The notes beneath the pieces are model-generated. The model was not told the DNA's origin and searched no databases. It worked only from the letters and a program-made list of their open reading frames with translations. Of a DNA stretch of 64,000 nt, positions 35,928 to 45,244 are shown piece after piece; positions within the stretch are counted from its first letter, which is position 1; each line of letters opens with the position of its first letter. This DNA is from Victivallaceae bacterium (lineage in GTDB: Bacteria; Verrucomicrobiota; Lentisphaeria; Victivallales; Victivallaceae), in contig JAZSGI010000203.1 of NCBI GenBank assembly GCA_045532655.1, positions 1,469-65,468 on the forward strand, written 5' to 3'. The position numbers and the translations under genes are program-made.

Positions 35928-36928
35928 ATTTCCAACATCCAGTTGTAAACGTCGGGACGTTCGCCGTACTGGATACCTGTAAGTTCATCGTAAAGGCGTT
36001 TCAGCGTGGGGCCGATCTCTTCGGAATAGGTGTAAACCTTGTCACCGTCGAAAAGTTTGCCGACGGGGGTGAGAACCACAGCTGTACCGCAAGCGGCGAC
36101 TTCGGCGAAACCGGGAACTTCTTCCTTGAGTATCGGACGGCGTTCGACGGTGATGCCCAATCCTTCGGCAACAGTCATGAGAGACATGTTGGTGATGGAG
36201 GGGAGAACTGATGAGGATTCGGGAGTGACATACTTGCCGTCCTGAGTAATGGCAAGGAAGTTGCTGGTACCGAATTCATCAACATATTTGTGTTCTGCCG
36301 GATCCATAAAAAGGGCAACTGCACAGCCGTTGTCGTGGGCGATTTTGGAAGAAAGCAGACTTGCGGCGTAGTTCCCTGCGGCTTTGATATGTCCGGTACC
36401 GTGGGGCGCGGCACGGTCAAAATCTTTGGAAATCATGGCATTCATGGGTTTGATACCGCCTTTGTAGTATGCGCCGACAGGGACGACCATGATAACGAAT
36501 TCATATTCTGTTGCGGCATTGACACCGATCTGGGGGGTGGTGCCGAACATTACCGGACGGACATAAAGTGCGCCGCCGGTACCGTAGGGGGGGATATATT
36601 CTTCGTTGTCTTTGACTACCTGACGGAGACCGGCAAGGAACTGTTCTTCGCTGATTTCCGGCATCAGCAGATGGCGGGCAGAGCTGTTGAGACGGGCGAT
36701 ATTTGCCCAGGGGCGGAAAGCGCGGATCTTGCCGTCTTTGCAGCGGAATACTTTCATCCCTTCAAAGATTGCCTGCCCGTAGTGCATGCAGTTTGATGCC
36801 ACGGACATGGTGATATCGTAAGTGTTGAAAAGTTTGCCTTCTTCCCACTTGCCGTTGGCGTAATGTGCGCGGTAGTTGGATTTGACAGGCATGAAATTAA
36901 AACCGAGATTTTCCCAATCAAGTTCCAT
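35924..36928 (-). CDS. ilvE: Branched-chain amino acid aminotransferase
   Basis: Class IV aminotransferase features (YGQAIFEGMKVF, LYVRPVMFG, GHIKAAGNYAASL, GTAVVLTPVG). Start at the ATG at 36928 (MELDWENLGF), with AGGAGG upstream. The longest ORF reaches 36961. Confidence 0.9.
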   Translation of the reverse strand: MELDWENLGFNFMPVKSNYRAHYANGKWEEGKLFNTYDITMSVASNCMHYGQAIFEGMKVFRCKDGKIRAFRPWANIARLNSSARHLLMPEISEEQFLAGLRQVVKDNEEYIPPYGTGGALYVRPVMFGTTPQIGVNAATEYEFVIMVVPVGAYYKGGIKPMNAMISKDFDRAAPHGTGHIKAAGNYAASLLSSKIAHDNGCAVALFMDPAEHKYVDEFGTSNFLAITQDGKYVTPESSSVLPSITNMSLMTVAEGLGITVERRPILKEEVPGFAEVAACGTAVVLTPVGKLFDGDKVYTYSEEIGPTLKRLYDELTGIQYGERPDVYNWMLEI

Positions 36929-36969
36929 AGTAACCTCCTGTAAAGAACTTTTTAAATGCACTTGGTATT

Positions 36970-36998
36970 AATATACCATAAAACAGTGTATTTGGCAA
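36970..36998 (-). promoter_or_regulatory. Sigma-70-like promoter candidate for the ilvE-panC-hisD-folK operon
   Basis: On the minus strand: TTGCCA (36998-36993), a 17-nt spacer, then TATATT (36975-36970), about 40 nt upstream of the ilvE ATG. Confidence 0.4.
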
Positions 36999-37031
36999 CC
37001 CCCGTTGAAGCGTATGGGTGCAATATTTTGC

Positions 37032-37063
37032 AAAAAAAACGCTGCCTCCGTCTTTCCCGGCAG
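37032..37063 (-). terminator. Weak hairpin plus U-tract terminator after the esterase gene
   Basis: On the minus strand, CTGCC/GGCAG form a 5-bp stem (37063-37059 with 37046-37042), followed by T8 (the plus-strand A-run 37032-37039). Confidence 0.35.
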
Positions 37064-37116
37064 ATCAGAACCTTTTCGCGGAGTGCGGATGCGGCAGTGG
37101 GAACGGGACATTTGTG

Positions 37117-38037
37117 TCAGTAATCGTATTCTGAAAGATATTCTTCCCCGGTTCCCGGAGGGTAAAAATGCGGCAGGGAAGGTGCTTTGCGGTTGAATTC
37201 CTCCAGTGTGGACGACCCTGATGCCGCCAGAAGGAAATCTGTTATTACATCCCATGCTTCCGGTGAAGCCGTATGGAGATCGGAGGCAGAAAGAGGCTCA
37301 AAAACAGCAAACCACACCGGCAGACGGTTCTGCAATGCGTGCTGCAGCATGCTTTTGTTGGCGCGTTCCACCCTGTCTCCGGCAGAATGGGCAAGAAAAA
37401 GGGGCGGCATATCATTTGACGGCAAAGTATGATCGTATATGCTGCCGCCGAATCCTGCCCCGGCGGCGATTTTTTCCGGGTGAGCGACGGCAAGCCTTTG
37501 CAGAAGTGATGCTCCGGAGGACTGCCCCGTGATGAACAGCGGTTTTACCGGTATTGAGAAACGTTTTGCTATAATATCCCGGCAGCGGAAAATTATGGGA
37601 TACCATCCGGCTTCCCTGTAGATGTAGTATTTTTTCCTGTCGTGTATGATCCTTGAATTTGCCTTCATACGCATGGAAAAGACGCTCCAGCCGTATTGGG
37701 TGACGAAATCTTTAAGCCACGGGTATGAATCTATGGCGGTGCTGCCGTCCTCGCCGTTGAAAGGCACATAAAAGAGAATATTTTCCGCAGAGGGCAGGGG
37801 GACGCCGTCTGCATCTGCCGGAACAATGCAGGATACTTTTGTTGTAAAGTTCATGGCACATCCTGCGTACAGGGAGAATGAACATTCTATAAAATGCCTG
37901 TCGGTATCCTGATATGTCATTTTCGTTGATTTCTGCTGAAAATCCCACGGCATGACCGCAGCAAAATATACTGCGGCAAAGAAAATACCTGCTGCTGTCA
38001 AAAGGAGTATTGACCAAAAAAATAACCTTTTTTTCAT
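37117..38037 (-). CDS. Membrane-anchored alpha/beta hydrolase (esterase)
   Basis: N-terminal TM helix (LFFWSILLLTAAGIFFAAVYFAAV) and the G-x-S-x-G elbow ITGQSSGASLL. Its start overlaps the upstream stop by 4 nt. Confidence 0.6.
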   Translation of the reverse strand: MKKRLFFWSILLLTAAGIFFAAVYFAAVMPWDFQQKSTKMTYQDTDRHFIECSFSLYAGCAMNFTTKVSCIVPADADGVPLPSAENILFYVPFNGEDGSTAIDSYPWLKDFVTQYGWSVFSMRMKANSRIIHDRKKYYIYREAGWYPIIFRCRDIIAKRFSIPVKPLFITGQSSGASLLQRLAVAHPEKIAAGAGFGGSIYDHTLPSNDMPPLFLAHSAGDRVERANKSMLQHALQNRLPVWFAVFEPLSASDLHTASPEAWDVITDFLLAASGSSTLEEFNRKAPSLPHFYPPGTGEEYLSEYDY

Positions 38038-39410
38038 TTTATGCGTTCCTGTTGATTTTTTTGCTGAATTATGTACTGCATGATCTCTTCCGGCTGCATT
38101 TGCTGCTGCAGGAGCCGGAACGGGAAATCAGCTTCCGTCAGATAATTTGCCGGGGAAAGTTCCGGCAGCGGCCATTCTGATTCCATATTCAGAAAAACAC
38201 TGTTTCTGATCTTTTCCTGCCGGGGAAATTTTGCCGCCGCAACAAAGGCATTTGCCGCAGCCAGATCACTTCCTGCAATGTGTACTTCTGAAGAAACTGA
38301 AAGAATTTCTTCGAGGAAAGCCTCTGCTTTTGCCAGTCCATCAAGCCCGGAATCGATACCGCATAAATGGATCTTTATACCTTTTACTGCATACTGCCTT
38401 ACATCGGGCGGAGGGAGTTTGCCGCCGTAAATATCTTCTGCCGGATAAAAAAACACCACTTCTGCTGCCGGACTCCCGATGGGGATGAATGTGAATTTTT
38501 GATTTTCCCATTCCGGTATGACTTTGTAGGGTACAGTTACGGCATGTCCCGCAGTATAAATGGCAAGTGTAATGGCAGCAGCACCTGCGGCTGAAAAAAG
38601 CAAATGACGCAGCCGGAAGTGCCATTTTTTCCGGATACAGCACCACACTATTCCGGAGGAGAGAGCCGCTGCCAGCATGATCCAGGCGTTTCTTATCCTT
38701 GCAACATGGTAAAATGTGGAGAAGCACCCGGCAATAAATGCTCCGGCAATTCCTGCCGTCAATCCCGGCAGCGGAGCAAAGCCGCATTGCCGGTAACAGG
38801 ATATTCCGGTATACAGCAGAAACAGCAACAGGAAAACAGCTGCGAAAATTGCACCCAGTCCGTAATTTCCACCCAGAGTCAGAATATCGTTGAGGAAATT
38901 TCTGTATTCAGCATTTATTTCCGGGGGCATATACTGCAATTCATAATAATCCCCTATGGGATAAGGCGAGCCGGATACTGGAAATTCAGCGACAGTTCCC
39001 AGTGCGCCCCGCCACAGATACAATCTGTTGGCAATACTGCCTTCACTGATATTTGCCGAACTTGCCGCCCGTTGTACTCCTGCCGGAATCACTGCAAGTA
39101 TGGCAACGAATGTAAATAAACAGAAAAAAGTCTTCTTCTTGCGGGTAATAAAATAATATACTGCCAATACAGTCAACCATGCCAGATAACCACCACGGGA
39201 ATAAGTCAGTCCCAGCAGTATTTCTCCGGCAACAAGCAATATCCATACCGGTACCTGAAAAAATCTTTTCTGCAAACACGGGAGATCCCCGGCGGTTATA
39301 ACTGCCGCCAGCAGTATCGTCAGAAATGCCGCCAGCATGTTCGGTGTTGAAAATCCCCACGATAACCGCGGGATATCAAGATAATAAAACATGCTGTACG
39401 GCTTCCCCAC
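38034..39410 (-). CDS. O-antigen ligase (Wzy_C)-like polytopic membrane protein with a C-terminal soluble domain
   Basis: About 10 predicted TM segments. The loop YSRGGYLAWLTVLAVYYFITRKK is typical of O-antigen ligase/polymerase-like proteins. The C-terminal ~150 aa is non-membrane. The alternative start is the ATG at 39392. Confidence 0.55.
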   Translation of the reverse strand: MGKPYSMFYYLDIPRLSWGFSTPNMLAAFLTILLAAVITAGDLPCLQKRFFQVPVWILLVAGEILLGLTYSRGGYLAWLTVLAVYYFITRKKKTFFCLFTFVAILAVIPAGVQRAASSANISEGSIANRLYLWRGALGTVAEFPVSGSPYPIGDYYELQYMPPEINAEYRNFLNDILTLGGNYGLGAIFAAVFLLLFLLYTGISCYRQCGFAPLPGLTAGIAGAFIAGCFSTFYHVARIRNAWIMLAAALSSGIVWCCIRKKWHFRLRHLLFSAAGAAAITLAIYTAGHAVTVPYKVIPEWENQKFTFIPIGSPAAEVVFFYPAEDIYGGKLPPPDVRQYAVKGIKIHLCGIDSGLDGLAKAEAFLEEILSVSSEVHIAGSDLAAANAFVAAAKFPRQEKIRNSVFLNMESEWPLPELSPANYLTEADFPFRLLQQQMQPEEIMQYIIQQKNQQERIK

Positions 39411-39416
39411 TGCGTA

Positions 39417-40346
39417 TTATCTGCGCTTGTATGCTTTGTGGGTACTGCGCTTATACGCTCTGTTGACACTGTGTTTGACTATAAGTATCCCGACAATGGC
39501 AATGACTGCAATACTGATAGTGAAATAGTGCCCGTATCTGAATATCCAGTCAACGATTCTGGAAAGCAAATAAGGCAGTTTTTCTGCAAAACCCGAACCA
39601 CGGTCAAGCATTTCCTGATAATTGCGTTGGGAAAATGACGCTGCCGTGAGATATGTTCCGGAGATCCAGAAAGGAGCATCGAATTCCTCTATATCTGTTT
39701 CCTCCTGAGTTACCGAACCGAGATCAAGTTCGAAGATTAATTTGCCTTTGGAATTAAAATGTTTGCGATTATATATCTGTAAAGAGCTTTTATCTATGAT
39801 GAATTCATAACGGAAGGCTTTTTTCTCCATATATCTTCCCCGGTTGGCATCATAAAACTGAGGCCAGTCTCCGGTAAGTCTCATAAGGAACTCTTTTGTT
39901 TTCGGCACTGAAACAGAGATCTTCCAGCAGGGAATGCCATTGCGGTCAAAATTTGACATGGAAAAATCACCTTCAGAGATTTCAAGTTCGTGCAGAGGCT
40001 TGGCAATGAGTTCGGGATGCCATAGATACGGTATGTGTATGATCTTTGCAGAATAACCGTCAAAGTCTGTGCCGAATTCACCAAGATCATTTTTGACATA
40101 AGACTCTATCAATTCTCCGCCATTATAAATTTCCAGCCTCAAAAAAAGTTTTCCGTTCCGGTAGAGACGTTTGAATATCCATCTTTTGCCGTGGTAAGAT
40201 TTTACAGGGTTGGTGAATTCTGCCGTGATGCTGCTGACTTCAGCTTTGGCAAAAGCCTCCTCCAAAGTGCCTCTGGCTGATGCTCCAAGAAGAATGGAGG
40301 CAGAACAGAACAGCAAAACCATTGATATAAATATTTTTTTTACCAT
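39417..40346 (-). CDS. Hypothetical envelope protein (signal peptide plus C-terminal TM anchor)
   Basis: 309 aa. Signal peptide MVKKIFISMVLLFCSASILLGASA, and a C-terminal helix YFTISIAVIAIVGILIV followed by a basic tail. I recognise no family. Confidence 0.5.
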   Translation of the reverse strand: MVKKIFISMVLLFCSASILLGASARGTLEEAFAKAEVSSITAEFTNPVKSYHGKRWIFKRLYRNGKLFLRLEIYNGGELIESYVKNDLGEFGTDFDGYSAKIIHIPYLWHPELIAKPLHELEISEGDFSMSNFDRNGIPCWKISVSVPKTKEFLMRLTGDWPQFYDANRGRYMEKKAFRYEFIIDKSSLQIYNRKHFNSKGKLIFELDLGSVTQEETDIEEFDAPFWISGTYLTAASFSQRNYQEMLDRGSGFAEKLPYLLSRIVDWIFRYGHYFTISIAVIAIVGILIVKHSVNRAYKRSTHKAYKRR

Positions 40347-40843
40347 TCGTCAAGCTCCCAATTTTCTCTTGAAATAAAAACCCGCCAACCGGCACCCCGG
40401 GCAAGTTCAACATGTTCCTGACCATAGTAATGAAAATTTTTCAGAGTGGTCACATTGCCATCGGCATTGATAATTATATCGTATGTTCCGCACTGATTGA
40501 CTTTTTCCTGTGCATAAGGGCTTACTGCATCTGCTTCCGGATCTCCTGTTAAGAGGCGGACAGGGTTGCGGACAAGGATTTCGTGCTCATCATCGACAGA
40601 TGTCATGATTATATTGCAGCTGATTCCTTCCCGGATACTGATCCCGTGATAAAATGCTCTTGCACTGACGGTAGCCGGTTTGAAAAAAGGTTCATCAAGA
40701 AAGATGTGCAGTCTGCCGTAATCAGGTTCAAACATTTCCATTCTGACATCTTTGTCATTATCAGAACAACCGCCGGATGCCAACATTGTAAGTGACAGGG
40801 CTGAAGCTGATAATATCATTATGAGTAATTTCGTAATATTCAT
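40340..40843 (-). CDS. Hypothetical lipoprotein
   Basis: 167 aa. Signal peptide plus lipobox (LSLTMLASGGC). It overlaps the downstream gene by 7 nt. Confidence 0.55.
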   Translation of the reverse strand: MNITKLLIMILSASALSLTMLASGGCSDNDKDVRMEMFEPDYGRLHIFLDEPFFKPATVSARAFYHGISIREGISCNIIMTSVDDEHEILVRNPVRLLTGDPEADAVSPYAQEKVNQCGTYDIIINADGNVTTLKNFHYYGQEHVELARGAGWRVFISRENWELDEW

Positions 40844-40849
40844 ATATTT

Positions 40850-41179
40850 TTATTCCAAATGCGTGCATTGCCCATGTTGTGATTTGTCAAGTGTTACTAT
40901 TGTAACCGGTTGCAGAATACCATTTGCATCTGTCCATAAATAACCGGTGACCTCTTGCTTCAAACGACTGCAGCCTAACCCGCTTCCATCATGAGGCCAG
41001 CCATAGAAATTCAGAGAATAAACTCTCTCTTCCGCAACAAGTTCCATTTGGGTAAATCCCATTTTCAGTAAACTTGCAGAAGTATACAAGCCGTTAACTT
41101 GTACTGATTTAACTTGATCTCCGCATCTTTCCAAATCTTCTGCAATGCCTACTGCAATTGCAGTCGCATTGGGCTTCAA
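40850..41179 (-). CDS. Hypothetical small protein (weak call)
   Basis: 109-aa ORF with a TTG start, no obvious RBS, no signal peptide and no family recognised. It is kept only because it abuts the downstream operon (6 nt spacing). Confidence 0.25.
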   Translation of the reverse strand: MKPNATAIAVGIAEDLERCGDQVKSVQVNGLYTSASLLKMGFTQMELVAEERVYSLNFYGWPHDGSGLGCSRLKQEVTGYLWTDANGILQPVTIVTLDKSQHGQCTHLE

Positions 41180-41338
41180 AACGACTCTTGGCGCAGGTGC
41201 TGAAGCTGTCGTTGCAACATGATTTTCTGCTGACAGTAATCAAATAAATATAATTTTTTCTTTTTTACCCTTTCTTTGATTTTGAAAATCATGGCATGTA
41301 TATTCGCTGTGAAAAAGTTATTTAACTGCGGTATACTG

Positions 41339-41734
41339 TCATTTTTCGTGATCGCATGGAACGTTTGTCAGAATATCTCTGTATGTTATTACCGGAGGCA
41401 GCCAATCGTTGCCACCGATAATCTCAATGGAATACGTGGCTATTTGCGTCCTTGTAGATGATCCCTGACATGTACCGTCATGAGGAGCTCCGGAAAGATC
41501 ATCTGTGTAGCATACCGGTCCGTTGAGAAAAGCCCCTGCAAAAGAGTACTGTTCCAGTATCGGAGTGGTGAATGTCCCGTAAACATGTACCGGTGCAGCA
41601 GGTTGACCACACCGTACTGTTGCAGATGCTGTTGTGGTAAACCCATAAATGAATCTTTCTCTGGGACCGTCTGCTCCGTAAAGGCTGCTTCCGGCGGCAA
41701 TTACCAGACCTGCTGTGATCAACATTTTTTTCAC
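41339..41734 (-). CDS. Small secreted Cys-containing protein, unknown function
   Basis: Start at GTG 41734 (AAGGGGGG 5 nt upstream), giving the signal peptide KKMLITAGLVIAAGSSLYGA. The mature part is about 110 aa with 5 Cys. The longest ORF reaches 41791. Confidence 0.4.
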   Translation of the reverse strand: MKKMLITAGLVIAAGSSLYGADGPRERFIYGFTTTASATVRCGQPAAPVHVYGTFTTPILEQYSFAGAFLNGPVCYTDDLSGAPHDGTCQGSSTRTQIATYSIEIIGGNDWLPPVITYRDILTNVPCDHEK

Positions 41735-41953
41735 GATAACCCCCCTTGTCAGAATAGTTGCGGACATGGATATGTTTGCACAGTTGCTCACATATTACCT
41801 GCAATATAAGCCTTGAATATGAAAATGTCAAGAGCAAACCGGAAAATATTTCCGGAAAAGTCAGTGAGTATTTTCTGACGGGGAGAATGATGTGCGTAAA
41901 ATGATATTCTGCCGCAAGCGCATCAGCACGATAACCGGGCTTACGGCAGAATC

Positions 41954-42547
41954 TTAAAGCAGAGAAGACAACCGTTTGAAAAGATAATTCATCATCCTTT
42001 GCAGATGCTTGATTTTTTTGCGTTCCTCTGTGGTCATGCAGGTAAAGTCATCTGTTACGATTTCCAGAAGCTCTTCGTATTTTTCCTGCAATACACCCAA
42101 CATCAGCGACGGATCATCTTCAAGTTGTTTGAGCCGGTAAAAAGTTTCGATTTCCGGACTGTTGGGGGTCATTTCGAGTACTATCTGTTCCAACTCTTCC
42201 CGCGGGCAATTTTTGATGAAAGTTTCCCATGGATCCTCTTCATCGCCGGTTTCTGCTTCTGCTCTGGATATAAATTCCAATCCTGCCGCCACAATATGTT
42301 TGCAGAACTTGCCCTCTTCGCCCAACGGACAGGAACAGGCTCCGTAAAAAATGTCATTTTCGGCTACAATACAGACACTGTACAATTCAGTTCCCTGTAC
42401 TGTTGCAGTAATGCTGCAGGGGGAGGAAACAGTCAATGTTTTGACACGCTGTTCCTTAAAATATTTTTCTCCGCGTAGAAAATAAGTGTCGCCTGCTTGC
42501 TGCAGCAGCGCATAGCGGGTTATTGTTTTTGTCAACAAATTTTTCAT
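41954..42547 (-). CDS. SWIM zinc-finger domain protein
   Basis: 197 aa. C-x-C-x(n)-C-x-H signature GACSCPLGEEGKFCKHIVAAGLEF, followed by an acidic helical C-terminal half. Confidence 0.7.
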   Translation of the reverse strand: MKNLLTKTITRYALLQQAGDTYFLRGEKYFKEQRVKTLTVSSPCSITATVQGTELYSVCIVAENDIFYGACSCPLGEEGKFCKHIVAAGLEFISRAEAETGDEEDPWETFIKNCPREELEQIVLEMTPNSPEIETFYRLKQLEDDPSLMLGVLQEKYEELLEIVTDDFTCMTTEERKKIKHLQRMMNYLFKRLSSLL

Positions 42548-42577
42548 GATTTCCCCCTTTGTCTGGAAAATTGAATA

Positions 42578-43597
42578 TCAATCTTTTTTGGTCGCTTTAC
42601 GTTGATGATATGCCTTGGCATCGTAAAAACGCTCCCGGGCACGATGGGCGTAAAAGGGATATTTTGCTGCAAGTTCTTCCGGAGCATCCGCAGGTATATA
42701 GCGGAAACGGGGATAGCTCCACAGATATTGTTCAGGCCGTTTGGCGATTTCGGCAGTGGAAATGTCCAGCAATTCCTGTACAAGTTCAATATCACTTGTA
42801 TAATCTGTGATCGGCTTACTCAGGGGAATTGTGTAAAAGTGTATTTTCCCGTCAGATTCACGAACAGCCATACTGTAACAGATGTTGGTGGGCATATTTT
42901 TGTTCAGGCAGTATTTGGCAAGCACTGCCGGGGAAAGACTTGATGGGGCGGGCAGACCGAAGAAGTTTACAAAAGCTCCGCCGTCACGCACTTTGGTATT
43001 CTGGTCGATAAGTATCCCCAGACTTTTCTTTTCTCCGAATGCTTTGATCGTGCCGCGCAATGCCCCTGTTGAATAGATTACCTGTATCCCGGGCACATTT
43101 CCGCGCACTCCTCCATTGAAAAGTTTGTCAAGATAGGGATTTTTTACAGCTTTGACGATTACTGCAACGCCGCTTTTTTCCCGCATTGCTTTGGCGATGA
43201 TGGCAGAAGCTCCTTCCCAGCTTGCCATGTGGGGGTTGACATACAGAGTACGTTCCTCTGCGGCAACGCGTTTGCGGAGTTTTTCCGCTTCTTCATCGCT
43301 CAGCAAATAACTTCTGTCAAGTCTTGACTGATTTTTTGTTGCCCAGATATATTCCAGAAGACACAGGATGAAATTGGTACCGCTGGCTTTGATTATTTTC
43401 CGCCTCTGTTTCCTGTTAAGTTCCGGCAGGGCTATCTGCAGGTTGGCATCTGATACTTTGACAAAGTTTTTTGACCACATAAGGAAAAATCCTCCCGTAT
43501 GCGCTAACCATGTTATGAAAAAACGCGGTGAGTTGCGCAAAATGAGAAAACCCGGCAGAGCGGCGAGATAAACAAGATAGTCACAAAATTTTTTCAT
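42578..43597 (-). CDS. Lipid A biosynthesis (LpxL/HtrB-type) lysophospholipid acyltransferase family protein
   Basis: 339 aa. N-terminal TM helix, H-x4-E/D catalytic motif NPHMASWEG, and GILIDQN. The overall layout is that of Kdo2-lipid IVA acyltransferases. Confidence 0.7.
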   Translation of the reverse strand: MKKFCDYLVYLAALPGFLILRNSPRFFITWLAHTGGFFLMWSKNFVKVSDANLQIALPELNRKQRRKIIKASGTNFILCLLEYIWATKNQSRLDRSYLLSDEEAEKLRKRVAAEERTLYVNPHMASWEGASAIIAKAMREKSGVAVIVKAVKNPYLDKLFNGGVRGNVPGIQVIYSTGALRGTIKAFGEKKSLGILIDQNTKVRDGGAFVNFFGLPAPSSLSPAVLAKYCLNKNMPTNICYSMAVRESDGKIHFYTIPLSKPITDYTSDIELVQELLDISTAEIAKRPEQYLWSYPRFRYIPADAPEELAAKYPFYAHRARERFYDAKAYHQRKATKKD

Positions 43598-43645
43598 ATT
43601 TTCCTTTGTTTGGTATATTATTACAGTAATAATATGTTACTTGAA

Positions 43646-45244
43646 TCAACGTTTCTGTCTGGCAAGCTCCAGTGCTTCCAGACAGTTTTGCCTTGCCTGT
43701 ACGGTCCATTGCCGCCGTAATGCTGTTACTGCAGCAATGTCGTTGCCTTCCCGTACCCACAGGGCATCAGCGGCCTCATCCGCCTGCTGGTATGAGAAAG
43801 GCATACGTGTAAATGCCTCCATTGCTTCCGGAACCGCTTCAGGCCCTCCGGCCGCAATTATTTCCTGCCATGTCCGGCGCAATTCCGGCTGGATATCCAG
43901 CATACAGCACCGGATCACAACCCTTATAAGTCCGAAATACTTTCCAGTCCATTCATAATGGTACACTACATCACTGGCAGCCGAAATGGGGTCATAATCC
44001 GGATCAGAACGGAAACTTTTCCATTCCTCAGAATAGAGTTCAAGCCGGACAGGCGCACGGCGCAGGGCATTTTGGACGGGACCGCCGGGAGTACCGGTTT
44101 TGAAGGCATAAATTTTCTGTCCTTCCAGTGACAGGAGAAAACTTATGAATTCCTGTGCCGCCGCCCTGGCCGGGGCACCGCGCAGCAGTTGCACAGGGTC
44201 TGCCGAAACAGTGGAGCCCCGGTATGGCGTTACATAAAAAAGCGGCGGGGGGACTGCGCCTTCCTTTTCCTGCCAGTCAGCTGCGCTTGAAACATAAAAG
44301 TCTATGCCTATACCGCATACAGCTTCGCCGGATGCAACATGATTTACAGCCATACTGGCGCTGTCGGAGATCAGTGAAGAGTTTGCAGTTATCTGTCTGA
44401 TGATGTTCATACCGTCCTGCCATCCTTCCGCCGGAGTACCGCCTGCGGCGATCCTCTCTGCCATTGCCTGCTGAATTATCAGTTCATAGCATTTGGCAAC
44501 GGAACCTGATTTTGTGGGGTCGGCAAGGGCAAGACGGTCAAAAAATTCCGGTTTTGCAAGGTCTGACCAGCGTTCCGGGGTTTTCAGACCGGCTTCTTCC
44601 AGCCGTGTGCGGTTGCAGGCTATCCCGAAACTGGAGAGACATACTCCGTAGAAACAACCGTCGGGATCGTATATCGCTTCGCCGGATATTTCCTGACGCA
44701 TGGCATCGGGAGTGAAATATTCCGGAAGCAATGCTGCGATGCCGCCGTCAACAGCATAACCGGCACTTTTGTTTTTGCCGTGGTCGTAAGTACCGCCTCC
44801 CCAGAAGAGATCGGCATCGATGGATACAGAACTCTCCAGAAACATTTTCCGGGCAAGAGCCGCTTCGCCGTCAAGATCCGGCGATGATGATCTGAATCCG
44901 TTGGCAACGGCATCGTTCCATTCTCTGCCGGAAGCCTCCCATTCTTTTCTGAAAGCGTTGGTAAAACGATCATTTATATAATTGACGATATCCGTTGTGC
45001 CGCCGGGTGAACGGAAATCAAGTTTTATGCTTCTGCCGGTCTTTGCCTGATAATAGCGGCAGAAAGCACCGCCCACTTCCCTGCGGATACTTTCCGGGTG
45101 CGGTGTATATATCACAAGCACATCATCCGTACTGACAGTAACGTTTCCGCTGTTTTCACCTGTTACAGTAAAAATACTGAAAAATACCGGGATGATGCCG
45201 ATAATGATCACAGGTATAAGTGCAGAAAGAATTTTTTTTGTCAT
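43646..45244 (-). CDS. Membrane-anchored ABC-type extracellular solute-binding protein (iron/polyamine-type SBP fold) with a C-terminal extension
   Basis: 532 aa. N-terminal TM anchor (ILSALIPVIIIGIIPVFFSIF). The SBP-like core includes VLVIYTPHPE and DLFWGGGT. There is an extra ~100-aa helical tail. Its ATG overlaps the ATPase TAA (TAATG). Confidence 0.7.
   Translation of the reverse strand: MTKKILSALIPVIIIGIIPVFFSIFTVTGENSGNVTVSTDDVLVIYTPHPESIRREVGGAFCRYYQAKTGRSIKLDFRSPGGTTDIVNYINDRFTNAFRKEWEASGREWNDAVANGFRSSSPDLDGEAALARKMFLESSVSIDADLFWGGGTYDHGKNKSAGYAVDGGIAALLPEYFTPDAMRQEISGEAIYDPDGCFYGVCLSSFGIACNRTRLEEAGLKTPERWSDLAKPEFFDRLALADPTKSGSVAKCYELIIQQAMAERIAAGGTPAEGWQDGMNIIRQITANSSLISDSASMAVNHVASGEAVCGIGIDFYVSSAADWQEKEGAVPPPLFYVTPYRGSTVSADPVQLLRGAPARAAAQEFISFLLSLEGQKIYAFKTGTPGGPVQNALRRAPVRLELYSEEWKSFRSDPDYDPISAASDVVYHYEWTGKYFGLIRVVIRCCMLDIQPELRRTWQEIIAAGGPEAVPEAMEAFTRMPFSYQQADEAADALWVREGNDIAAVTALRRQWTVQARQNCLEALELARQKR

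Noticed and set aside
41906-41952. Inverted repeat ATTCTGCCG...CGGCAGAAT just after the SWIM gene stop, and the CCGGAAA-ATA-TTTCCGG hairpin at about 41838-41854
   Set aside because: Either is a possible terminator for the SWIM/LpxL transcript. The first has a 29-nt loop and the second only a short T-run, which is too weak to list as a feature.
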